Below are positions 38,291 to 49,850 of a DNA stretch of 64,000 nucleotides, one piece after another. A model generated the notes under the pieces. It ran no database searches and was not told the DNA's origin. It saw nothing but the letters and a program-made list of their open reading frames with translations. The translations under genes and the position numbers were made by a program. The stretch comes from Octopus bimaculoides (Eukaryota): the NCBI RefSeq assembly GCF_001194135.2, contig NC_068985.1, forward strand, positions 71,850,730 through 71,914,729, read 5' to 3'. Within the stretch, counting starts at the first letter, position 1; each line of letters begins with the position of its first letter.

Positions 38291-38926
38291 TCATTGTAAC
38301 TGACAGAGTGCCAACGTGTATACATATATATATGTTTGTGCATGTGTGTATATATATATATACATATATATTTGCTTCAGTCATTACACAGCACCTGTGC
38401 TTGGGCACTGCTTTGAAGAAGTTTTAGTCTAATCAATCAAGCCTAGTAGTTTTAATTTTTTTTAAAGCCTGCTATTTATTCTATTGGTCTCTTTGCCAAA
38501 TCACTAAGTTATAGGGATGTAAACACACCAACAGCAGTTGTTGAGCTGTGATGGTGAACCCAGCCACAAAGGCACTCACTCACATATGTGTATGTCTGTC
38601 CATAGTTATCCATAACTTAGTTTCCTGATGATCCTTTGTATTTGAGCATTTAAATACACTTGGAACACCTAATGCAGGGTTCCAAACAGCCATAATAGGG
38701 AAATTTATGTAGGAGCTGTAATATAAATTTATGTTTCTTTTTATTTCTCCTACATTTGCTCTGTAATTCATAACTAGTAATCCTACTTTCTATTGAAGTT
38801 ATTTAACAGAGGAAGCAGACTGGATTATAATAATCTATGTGGACATAACATTAACAATCATGCATATATTTGTATACTCAATTTCTATTTTATATATGTA
38901 TATATTGTATGTATATATTATATATG

Positions 38927-39023
<97 letters not shown>

Positions 39024-39859
39024 NNNNNNNNNNNNNNNNNNNNNNNNNNNNNNNNNNNNNNNNNNNNNNNNNNNNNNNNNNNNNNNNNNNNNNNNNNNNN
39101 NNNNNNNNNNNNNNNNNNNNNNNNNNNNNNNNNNNNNNNNNNNNNNNNNNNNNNNNNNNNNNNNNNNNNNNNNNNNNNNNNNNNNNNNNNNNNNNNNNNN
39201 NNNNNNNNNNNNNNNNNNNNNNNNNNNNNNNNNNNNNNNNNNNNNNNNNNNNNNNNNNNNNNNNNNNNNNNNNNNNNNNNNNNNNNNNNNNNNNNNNNNN
39301 NNNNNNNNNNNNNNNNNNNNNNNNNNNNNNNNNNNNNNNNNNNNNNNNNNNNNNNNNNNNNNNNNNNNNNNNNNNNNNNNNNNNNNNNNNNNNNNNNNNN
39401 NNNNNNNNNNNNNNNNNNNNNNNNNNNNNNNNNNNNNNNNNNNNNNNNNNNNNNNNNNNNNNNNNNNNNNNNNNNNNNNNNNNNNNNNNNNNNNNNNNNN
39501 NNNNNNNNNNNNNNNNNNNNNNNNNNNNNNNNNNNNNNNNNNNNNNNNNNNNNNNNNNNNNNNNNNNNNNNNNNNNNNNNNNNNNNNNNNNNNNNNNNNN
39601 NNNNNNNNNNNNNNNNNNNNNNNNNNNNNNNNNNNNNNNNNNNNNNNNNNNNNNNNNNNNNNNNNNNNNNNNNNNNNNNNNNNNNNNNNNNNNNNNNNNN
39701 NNNNNNNNNNNNNNNNNNNNNNNNNNNNNNNNNNNNNNNNNNNNNNNNNNNTATATAGTTATATAATATTATTTGTATGCATGTATATTTTTACACATAT
39801 GTATTTGTATTTTACAATATGTCTGCATGAGTGTATGTGTGTGTGTGTGTACTACATTA

Positions 39860-40180
39860 CCTAAACTTTCTGCCGCATGTCTTCCAGCTTTATATATTGC
39901 ATCATCTACAGACTTTACTGTGCATTTTATGTCGGTGGGGAAAATGCTGTATGGCCTTGCTGATCACTATCGTGAGTAGATTTGGTGCACACTACAAAGT
40001 ATGTTGGGTCAACCTTTTGCCATCAACTTCTACCCAACAGGGCAATCCATCTTTCATTTATCAGTGCACAGCATCTCTCTGCACATCATACTTTCACAAG
40101 AAAACAGAAGGGACCACTTTTCATGGTCAAATTAGGGACCATGCTACTAATGGATTTAAAGGAACATTCTTCTTTCTACT
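39860..40180 (+). mobile_element. Decayed Penelope-like GIY-YIG endonuclease 3' segment, followed by a CT-rich tract
   Basis: Frameshifted translation ALYI...SVGKMLYGLADHYRE*...GQPFAINFYPTGQSIFHLSVHSISLH...RKQKGPLFMVKLGTMLLMDLKEHSSF parallels the PLE text YIGET.R.LADRFREH...QPVA.HF...HS...L...KLGTL.P.GLNERFSF. Confidence 0.65.
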
Positions 40181-42150
40181 CCTACACTTTATCTTTAATA
40201 GTTCCCCTTTTCTTCTTTCAGCTCCTTTCTCATCTCAATTTTCCCCTCCATCTCATGTACATGTGCTTCTCCTCCTTTTTTCTTTGCTCAACCCATCTCC
40301 CTCTCTCATTTAATTTTTCTCTCCTACTACTTGTCTATGTAGGCAAGTTTATGTCTTGCATTACTATCAGTTACAGACATTTGCTCAAACATAGAGGGTG
40401 TCAAACCCTGTTGTCTATCTTTCTTTTCCCTTCTGCCATCTTAACCCTGAAGAATACTCTACTCCCCTCTCCCCACAGTAATTTTACTGTACTCTTTCTG
40501 GCACTTTTTCTGAAGAATATAAGTTTTGCTGATACACAACCATCAGTTTTTTTTTAAATTGTTGTTAATTTATTCCAGATCAACTTTGATCAAGCAGACC
40601 ACTGATCAAAGCCATTTCTGCTGTGGTCATCACATCTCTTTTACATGTAATTAGTACTACATTATTTAATGTTATTTGCTTTTTTAATATTGTAGTGTTT
40701 GATTGAAGGGAGATTTGATTACTATTTCTAACAGTTTGATAGACTCTATTGCCCTTCCTTGTTAAAGGTGTAGTGCATCTTAATAATGTGTTGATTCATA
40801 AATGATTGACTCAACCATCCCATTTTTAACTTCCTTTACAAATTTAACTTCATATGCAGATTTCACTGTGAAATTATCAACCCAATTTGGTGCTTGTCAT
40901 TTTCACAAAAACAAAAATAAATATAGAAATGAATAGATTAACATTAAACAAGAAATCACTGCTGAACATTCCTTTTCTTGCTGCCCTCTGTCAGGCTCTC
41001 AAAATACCACCATATACAAAACATTCATTTTATCTTTGTTGCAGTATTATCTAGGATAAATGCTACAACACAGAATCTGTTGATTTTGTTTCACTGCCAT
41101 TTCTTACCATAATGCAACACCCACAACACTTTTGCTTTGCTTCCCGGCTGTTATGCATTTCATTAATTTTCTCCGTAATGCACACTCCTCTGTGTATCAC
41201 CATCCTACCAGGTCACATCTTGTCTCCCTCTCTCCTCCTATCAGTACACATGTTAGGTTCTCATTTTAGAAATAAAATGTTAACAGTTTCGAGTTCTGCA
41301 GTATGTCTTGTAGAGGGAATTTCTTTCAGTGATTTCAGAAGAATGGACCTCAAATAGAACTAAATAACTTGGCATTAGGCAGGGCATCCAGCTGCAAAAG
41401 CCGCTGCCAAAACAGATACAGTAGCCTAGAGTAGTCTTCTGCTTTGCCAACTCCTGTCAAATATCAAACCCATGCCTGCATGGATGTTAAATGATGATGA
41501 TGATTATGATAAAGAAATAAACAGTATTTACGATTACATTCCTCTTGGGACATCTAGATATTTCAGTGACTATTCACTTCATTAGTTACTGTTGAGCTAT
41601 TGGTAGTTATTCATTTAGTCATATGATATGATATCATATGAATTGATATCTTAAACCCAAGGTGTCATGTAAAAAGCATCGGTGTGGGTGCTAGTGTCAT
41701 GTAAAATACACCCAGTACACTCTGTAAAGTGGCTGGTGTTAGGAAGAGCATTCAGCTGTAGAAACCAGGCCAAAACAGACCATGGAACTTAGTATGGCCT
41801 CTGGCCTTGCAAGCTCCTGTCAAACCATCCAACTCATACCAGAATGGAAAACAGACCCTAAATGTTGATGATGATGATATGTCATTGACATCACAAATGG
41901 TTGTTAATAAATTAACCTGGAACAGGTAGAGGTAATAATTGTCTTAGAGAGATATGGGAAATACCTTCAGAGTGCTCTACAGGGGAAATATAAGCTGGGA
42001 TGCTAAAATATATGCCAGGAGCTATATGATGGACAGATGCCCTTGAACCTAAGTTGTGTCATTTTGAGTTCATCAAAGTGAGACATTTAAACACTGAGCT
42101 GCTGTAGAAACAGTTACTTAGTGCTATCGTTTTCTGGCTATGTGAATTAA

Positions 42151-42705
42151 CCCTTTAGCATTTAAACCAGCTGTATATGGCCAAAATATTGTATCTGTTT
42201 TGTGTTCAAAATGACCAGATCTGGTCTCTCACACCAACCCTACCACAAAGAGTAAAGGCCCCCTTCAGTCATAGATGACCATGGATTGAACCTAGAAAGC
42301 TCCCCTCTGAGACACAAGTCTGAGCAAGTTTGTTTGTGGAAGACCAGCATACCAGCTCCCCTCTCCATGCCACTGATGTTATTGAAGGGAAAGGCAAAGG
42401 CCGATACAGCTTGGCACCAGTGACATCGCAACTCATTTCTACAGCTTAGTGAACTGAAGCAATATGAAATAAAATGTCTTGCACAAGAACACAACACACA
42501 GCCCAGTCTGGGAATCGAACTCACTACCTCATGATTGTGAGTCGATGCTCTAACCATTGAGCCATGCACCTTTAACCCTAACATATTCTAAAAATTAAAA
42601 GTTACTTCATCAAAATCTCAAAGCTACAAAATAATGTATGGTTAATACAAAACTCTGCGAATAAATAAACTTTAGTTTTGATAGAATAACGTGAATGTTA
42701 AAGGG
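42151..42705. mobile_element. piggyBac-type MITE interrupted by SINE F
   Basis: TTAA at 42147-50 and 42706-09, with TIRs as in the other copies. Confidence 0.88.
42244..42573 (-). mobile_element. tRNA-headed SINE family F with 7-bp TSD; second copy at about 52740-53033 (-)
   Basis: Minus strand TGGCTCAATGGTTAGAGC (A box) and GAGTTCGATTCC (B box). TSD AACCCTA at 42236-42 and 42574-80. Confidence 0.9.
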
Positions 42706-43574
42706 TTAAACAAACTGGAAGAATGGTTCTCAAATATTTTCAAAATAGAAAAATATAGAATATTTGCCACAATATGTATATGTATGTTGTTTATAATCAG
42801 CATATCATTTAATTCATTAAGTTATCATGAAAATTAAAGTAACAGCAAGTGGCACAAGCCAAAGAGATATAATTACACCTGCACAGAAAATTTTGCTATC
42901 AAGTGAAGCAAAAATTATTTTAGCCATCACATATGAAGTGAAATTGTCTTTCCATTATAAAAAATTAGTTCATTAATAGGAATTACTTCTTGTGAATGAT
43001 TCTCATGCTCAGTAAATTAGAGTGCTAATACCATCGTTGATAAAGAAATGTTTCTTATTACATAACAATTAGCCTTATGGTTAATTGAAATATCATGAAA
43101 CTTTAAGTAACAACAAATGACATTGGACAAATATGCATATTTTCATCCATCTCCTGCCAGCTTAGAGAAATATCTGCAAAAATGATGATGATGAGATATA
43201 TTCTCTAATTACAATTAGAGGAACTGCAATTCAATAAAGAACTCAATACACTCAGAAAGTGGAATCTATTAAGTTCATTAGGAACTATACCTTAAGGGCA
43301 GTAGACTTGTTTCACTTACTATTTTTAAAATAGTGTAACAAGTCTACAATGCATAAGATATTGTTTTCAATAAACACACACACACACATACTTACAGAAC
43401 CATTTATGCTTCATTCAAATATAATAGTCTGCATAAATGTGTATGCCTACGCATTAACATGTATGCAGATATTGGGTGAGCGGCCTGGTTGAGAGGACAA
43501 GTTTAATAAATGAGTGAATTTGTGGAGAATCTCTTTTCATTTAAATATATCAAAATAGACCCATCTAAAACATT

Positions 43575-43606
<32 letters not shown>

Positions 43607-43729
43607 CATACATGCACACACATATATCTACTAACACACTAATATATATACAATATTTATGCAAACATAAGCACATTGTTATGCATTTGCAAACATGGAT
43701 ATTTATTTGGAAGTCAAGTATGTATCATC

Positions 43730-43969
43730 ATCATCATCATCATTTAATGTCCCCTTTTCCCTGCTTGCACGGGTCAAATGAAATTTGTTGAGGCAGATTT
43801 TCTACAGCCTGATGCTCTTCCTATCATCAAACCTCACCCGTTTCCAAGTAGTGTAACAACTTTTCCCCATGGCCAGACTGTTTTTCAAAAGAGACTGGAA
43901 ATGTAAAACATTGCTTATATGATGGTGACACTCATTTACAACCATCATGTGATGTTTGGATATGTGTGT

Positions 43970-44008
<39 letters not shown>

Positions 44009-44160
44009 CATGCATGCACACAGAGGCTTCTTTCAATTTCTGTCCACCAAATCCATTCACAAAACTTTGATCAGCCCAAGACACTTGTCCAGGGTGTTGC
44101 ACAGTGAGACTGAACCCAAGACCATATAATTATGAAGCAAACTTCTTAACCACACGGTTA
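43730..44160 (-). mobile_element. Chimeric SINE: family B head, microsatellite, alternative body with RTE-like (GAT)n tail; second copy at about 61875-62290 (+)
   Basis: Both copies join the B head, through a (TG)/(CA) tract, to the body ...GTGAGGGTTGGTGACAGGAAGGGCATC...AAATTTCATTTGACCCATGCAAGCA... Confidence 0.75.
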
Positions 44161-45027
44161 CATGTGTGTCTATATTAATGACCTGTTGTTTATTTAACAT
44201 GTCACTGATTGCTTGTTTATTTAGCATCCTGATGAGTGAAGAGTTATGTAACATATGTAATCTTATGGACGTTAAGCATACTGCATACCTGTTTGTACTA
44301 CGTTTATGTCACAATAAAGTCTCTTAACAAAACAATTGTAGCAACACCAGACAACCCATTTGTCTGTTTTTATTATGCTTTTATGCTACGCTTAAGGTTC
44401 CGTTCATTGTTGAACACTTTTGGATACTATTAGAGTTATGGATTACCTAATAGCAGTGATATTCCATTTATCGATGCATTCTGTGCTATGATAATGCATT
44501 GGTTAATTAACTGTTTTGTGTCATTCTGTATTGCTAACATGTGGCATACTTCACTTTGATATGCCTCACTCCTATTTGGATCCTCTGTAATCTAAACTGA
44601 AAATAAATGTGAGTCTATATCTAAACATATGCATTCACGTTTGTTTCATATGTTAGTACTCATGAATATACACATACAAGTTGAAACTCGGATATTTACA
44701 TGCATATGTATTTGTATATCTATCTATTTGTCTGTCTGTCTACACAGACACACATATGCATCACTGGGTATCATCATATATGTTTGAAAAAGTTTATTGG
44801 TCTCTCTATCTATTTCTCCCTCTATATATATATTGAACAGCCAGTTTGTCTTGCTACCTGTCTCTGTGTCTGTTTATCTATCTATTCATCTATTAATCTG
44901 TCTGTCTGTATATATATATATACCGGAGTAAGCACATGAAATGTGCAACAAGGTGGAAAAAAGAGTACTCAAATATCAGAGGTAGAGTAATATGCTTTAT
45001 TTAAAAGCAGCAGAAATATAACAAAAA

Positions 45028-45069
45028 AGCCATTACTCTGAGTTTCACGTTCCCGTTCATCGGACAGTT
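45028..45069 (-). ncRNA. Minimal type I hammerhead motif, antisense arm of the palindrome
   Basis: AACUGU-CCGAUGA-ACG-GGAA-CGU-GAAA-CU-CAG-AG-UA/AUGGCU. Core and stem II are intact, while stem I is weakened by two G-U pairs and one mismatch. Confidence 0.6.
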
Positions 45070-45114
45070 AAAACTGTCCGATGAACGGGAATGTGAAACT
45101 CAGAGTAACGTTTT
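45070..45114 (+). ncRNA. Minimal type I hammerhead ribozyme motif (core variant CCGAUGA)
   Basis: AAAACUGU-CCGAUGA-ACG-GGAA-UGU-GAAA-CU-CAG-AG-UA/ACGUUUU. Stem I has one bulge, stem II is 3 bp with a GNRA loop, and stem III is short and self-complementary. Predicted cleavage is after 45107. Confidence 0.7.
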
Positions 45115-45574
45115 TTTTGTTATATTTCTGCTGCTTTTAAATAAAGTATATNNNNNNNNNNNNNNNNNNNNNNNNNNNNNNNNNNNNNNNNNNNNNNNNN
45201 NNNNNNNNNNNNNNNNNNNNNNNNNNNNNNNNNNNNNNNNNNNNNNNNNNNNNNNNNNNNNNNNNNNNNNNNNNNNNNNNNNNNNNNNNNNNNNNNNNNN
45301 NNNNNNNNNNNNNNNNNNNNNNNNNNNNNNNNNNNNNNNNNNNNNNNNNNNNNNNNNNNNNNNNNNNNNNNNNNNNNNNNNNNNNNNNNNNNNNNNNNNN
45401 NNNNNNNNNNNNNNNNNNNNNNNNNNNNNNNNNNNNNNNNNNNNNNNNATATATGTATGTATGTATGTATATTTGTATATCAATCAATTTCTCTAGCTCT
45501 CTCTTTCTGTCTCTATCTCTCAATCTATTAATGTGTCTATATAAGTATGTACACACACACACACACACACGCAC

Positions 45575-45615
<41 letters not shown>

Positions 45616-45618
45616 ATT

Positions 45619-45720
45619 AGTAACAAAGAGGTACAGGTGTCAATTCATTACGGCCGTTTCTAATAACTACTTTCATTGCAATGGCCATAATGAAACAGAC
45701 ACCTGTACCTCTTTGTTACT
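45619..45720. repeat. About 100-bp hairpin (about 40-bp arms), possible tiny Tc1-like MITE
   Basis: AGTAACAAAGAGGTACAGGTGTC...GACACCTGTACCTCTTTGTTACT; the outer 23 bp pair perfectly. Confidence 0.85.
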
Positions 45721-47094
45721 CACTGATATTTTATTCACTTATCCTGGCATCTACACTTCATAAATATCATAGACAGTATTTTCAATGTAAAATACATGTC
45801 TGGATAGCTAAGTGCAAATTCCTTCAGTCAGCTAAGTTTTATTATCTTCATACACTGCAAGAATATCATGTGGCCGACACTAATGCACCAAGTTTGATAT
45901 TCACTTAATATTGTTGAGTATGCATGCTACTCAGACCTAACAAGGTGTCTCAATTTAAGTACCTAATTCAACTGAATCTTAATTGTATTTTATATAAAGA
46001 TATATCATTGCCATTATGCAAAAGTGTCGTAAGTCCAAAACGCTGCTTTTTCAGAAAAAGTAATAGTTTCACCATTCCATAGCAAAACTGTTGTACTACA
46101 CTTTGACAATTTTTGATAAATTGGCTTCTGAAGCAGCTGGCGATGCAATAGTTTGACCAAAATAACTGGCTATTGCAAGCAAAAATAAATATTTAACAAA
46201 CCAAATTTGGACATATGACAGTTTAACATAATAGCAACGATGCGTGTGTGTGTGTGTATGTGTGCATTTGAATATCAACCAATTTGCCTAGCTATCTCTC
46301 TCTCTCTCTCTCTCTGTTAATCTATCTATTTATCTATACATCTATCAATCTGTCTGTCTATCTACCCTAGCTATCTATCTAGCTATCATTATGTGTCTCT
46401 GTCCCTCGATTACTTTACAGTAACAGACATGCTTATATATAGACTGTCTACACTTTTGGGTATCTAAATTCTATCGCTTTTGCAGGGCTGCCATTTTTTT
46501 GTCATGATGATAAGCTTATTTGGCATGCTTCCTCTTTCTTGTTTTCTTGTTTTTGTGGATGCAATTATTCTGTCAGAATATCTTCTAAGTCTGATGTCAA
46601 AACAGCTCTAGCTTATTTGCATGAAAGCTTTATTCCCAAGTTACCCCTTCCACTTGATGCTAGCAGGCCTGTCTCTGCCCTTCCCATAATACTCTGTTAA
46701 AGAGAACAAATTCAGATTTTATTCATTTACTTATCAGGGGGTACCGAGAAGTCTTGTTAAAAAAATGGACGTTTGGTGCTTGTCTGTTGACATTAGGTTA
46801 AGTGAGGCAGAAAATATTTTCTGTTCATCTTGTATTTTCATAGAGAGGTTGGCGCCATTGAGGGCATCCATCCATGAGAGCTCCATTTTCATTATGTATG
46901 CTCTAATGCATCAAATATTACTGCTACATAAATGTATTATTATATACCCCAGACATGGCACATTGTTGAACCCTGATGCATTGTGCATCTGTTGGAAGAG
47001 AGATGGTGGGTAGCTGGTCGCTGTGTTTTAACTGAACAAAACTGAAGAATAACATTTTTGAAAAAATGGATAATCATAATGGGATTTTTGTACT

Positions 47095-47128
<34 letters not shown>

Positions 47129-48120
47129 GTAGCCATAGACTATAGTGATGTTTTTTAACTATAGCATAAATTTCGACAATCTGCCTTTTAACATAAATAT
47201 ATTTTAGCCATTATTTCTTCCAGTAGTGGCTGCCTCTGATTCCATCTATTTCTTTATGAAGAATCAGTACTTACTATTTATTTAGCTATCATTTTACAGT
47301 ATAATATATGTGGTGCGTCATCATTTTTTTGTCTCTCTATTCCATCTTCTTAAATTATATTGATAGAATTTCAGAGGTAAAACATAATTGCTGAAACTTG
47401 TAGATTATCATTACTGAATGGAAAATAGCCATTGAATTAACCTCTCATTGATCTGCTAGAAATTGTAGCCTAATACCCTTCAAATCATATCCTACATCAT
47501 TTTTATAAAGGAAGAATAGACTGGATACCACCATGAACCTCTACTGAAACCAAGAATGGACCTCTGCAGTAGTGTTTAACAACAATTTTTGGCCTATGCT
47601 CTGCTTTGATTTTCTGAAAAAATGTGTATGCTACCATGAATGGCCAAAATATATAACATATATATTTTCAAAAGAAGTTTTAATATCAACTTCATTGCAA
47701 GTTGTTTTATTCACTTGTTTATTGACTTAAGTCTCATTCTAAAGTAAACCAAGCCCCACCCATGCATGGGACATGCACTTGACCTTGAGAAATATTACCC
47801 TGTACAAAACAGTACTGGAACCTCTACACAAACTAATAAGGGAAATTTTATTTAATTGATTAACAAGCTAGAACAGTAACTAAATCTCCCTCAAATCACA
47901 GCTTATTTATTAAAAAAAAAAAAGAAAGAAAAATGCATCAAGTTTTAATTTACTGGAGATTTACTGCATTAAAAAACAGAAAAGTACACTTTAGAAATTT
48001 GATATCTTGATGCAGTGCTTCCTATTTTAATGAACCATGAATTGTGGTTTCTTCTTCCGCTTTTTTAACTAGTCTTGGAGACTCACTGGAGTTCCCCCAC
48101 CCTTGCATAACATGTGTTAC

Positions 48121-48242
48121 CTATAAAAATTTTGCATCTCCTCATGAGGTACATTTACGATATTGGTCTCACCAGTCTCAGGGTTTTGAAGGGTAAGGGA
48201 CACAATGCCTTCTTTCAGAGTAATCAAATTAAAAGTAGCCAT
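48121..48242 (-). CDS. Candidate coding exon (MATFNLITLKEGIVSLTLQNPETGETNIVNVPHEEMQNFY-), unidentified product
   Basis: ATG at 48242, then 40 open codons of protein-like composition in unique sequence. Donor TAG|GTAAC at 48121/48120, just before an in-frame stop. A possible acceptor lies about 24 nt upstream of the ATG. Confidence 0.35.
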
Positions 48243-49648
48243 GTGTGTTGTTACCCTTCTTCTCTTGATTAAGCCATGAAAGGAAAAAAATATCAGTCAT
48301 CCTTGATACTCTTTAAAAGATGTTGTGGCGATTGCAAGCAATGCTTTGACAAGGAATGCCAGTGGTCATCAGTTTTCTTGACGTCGGGGTTAAACAGTAA
48401 GAAAATCAACAAAAATTAACTCTATTGACTAGACTCTGTTATCTTTGTTCTTCAGTTTAGAAGAACCTTGTGAAGCTGCTCTCACCAAACCTACTAACCC
48501 CATATACACTTGCCTCTGTGTGTGTGTGTACACACATATATGCATGTATACTCTGCTGGAGTCCACTCTGCTGGGTGCTTAGTGTTAGGAAGGACATCCA
48601 GCTATAAAAACCTTGCCAAAACGGACACAGAAGTCTGGTGCAGTCTTCTGCCTGGTCAGCTCCTGTCAAACCATGATGATGATGATGATATATATAATAT
48701 GTATGTTCTTGTGAATGGATGAGGACAGTTGCATAAAGAAATGCCAAGCACATAAAGTTAAAGGAAGTTGTGGAAGAGAAAAACCTAGGAAAGCATGGGA
48801 TGAAGTATTAAAGGGTGATCTCAAAATGCTGAGCCTTACGAAGGAAATGACAGTGGACCAAGATATGTAGCACATTGCTGCACTCAAGAAGACCTGCCCA
48901 TCACAACGAAATTGAGTTCCTAAAACCAAGGTGCCACATAAAAAGCATTGGTGTGTGGGTGCTGGTACCGCATAAAATGCACTGTGATTTTTATGTGGTG
49001 CAACATAAAAAGCACTCAGTAAAGCAGGTTGGTATTAGGAAGGGTATCCAGCCATAGGAACCAGACAAAAACAGACTATGGAACCAAGTGTGGCCCCTTG
49101 CCTTGCCAGATCTAGTCAAGCCATCCAACCCATGCCAGCATAGAAAATGATATTAATTGCTGCTGATGATGATGATTGTGTGTGTGAGAAAAAGAGAGAG
49201 TGGGTGTGTGTGTATGTAAATATGTGTGTATATATGTATTTGAGAATCACCAGTTTAACAGATTTGAATATGCAGGTGAAGAAATGTCATGTTGTAGATC
49301 AACAGTTCCCTTTATTCTTTTATGAGATTAAATTGGCCATAGCAGAACAATAGAAGCACATATTGAAAAATCCAATTCCATAGAAACAGAAAGCAAAAGT
49401 TGAGTTTATTAAGAAAAGTTACTCAGCAAATTCAAATTCATAGAAACAAGAAAACTTTCAAACAGTATAAACAAATATCTTCTTGTGGTCATATGCACAT
49501 ATGATAGCATTATGTGTATGCAATTGCATATATACAGCTTGTATAAACATGTATGTTCTTGCCATTAGATATGTATATATCTTGGTGTTGTTTGTGTTGC
49601 TTCAGAGAGAGAGAAAGAAAGAGAGTGTTTATCTGTCTCAGTGTTAAG

Positions 49649-49850
49649 ATTGGCTCACCAGTACAGGTCAGATGCCAGATGCTTCCCTTGTTAATATTTG
49701 GTTGTTACTGCTTGAATACTCCATTGGGAGATCAGGTGAGAAGTTGCTGAGCAGATGCTGATTGGTCAGTTGTAAGCCAATCAAAAAGCTGTCTAACTGG
49801 TTTGTTGATTTTGGCATCAATTTGTATTTAGAGAAGATTTTGGCCAATCA
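49649..49850. promoter_or_regulatory. Cluster of five CCAAT/ATTGG boxes (NF-Y-type)
   Basis: ATTGG at 49649, 49723 and 49761; CCAAT at 49777 and 49844. Four have RCCAATC flanks and two are RRCCAATCAG. Confidence 0.45.

Larger units (their letters stand above)
44922..45151. mobile_element. Penelope-like palindromic element in (TA)n, with two opposed hammerhead motifs
   Basis: It starts ACCGGAGTAAGCACAT right after (TA)n. The inverted arms 44990-45069 and 45072-45151 run into the gap. The same start and hammerhead recur at 51481-51595. Confidence 0.75.

Noticed and set aside
37243-39864. Long ORFs of 200-341 aa (also at 17601-18261, 45100-45598, 53982-54439)
   Set aside because: They are open only because they span N-gaps.
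42530-42573. tRNA-like A/B-box sequences at SINE heads
   Set aside because: They are SINE promoters with no complete cloverleaf, so no tRNA gene was called.
46500-47060. Coding-looking unique stretch
   Set aside because: Stops in all frames and no family that I could assign.
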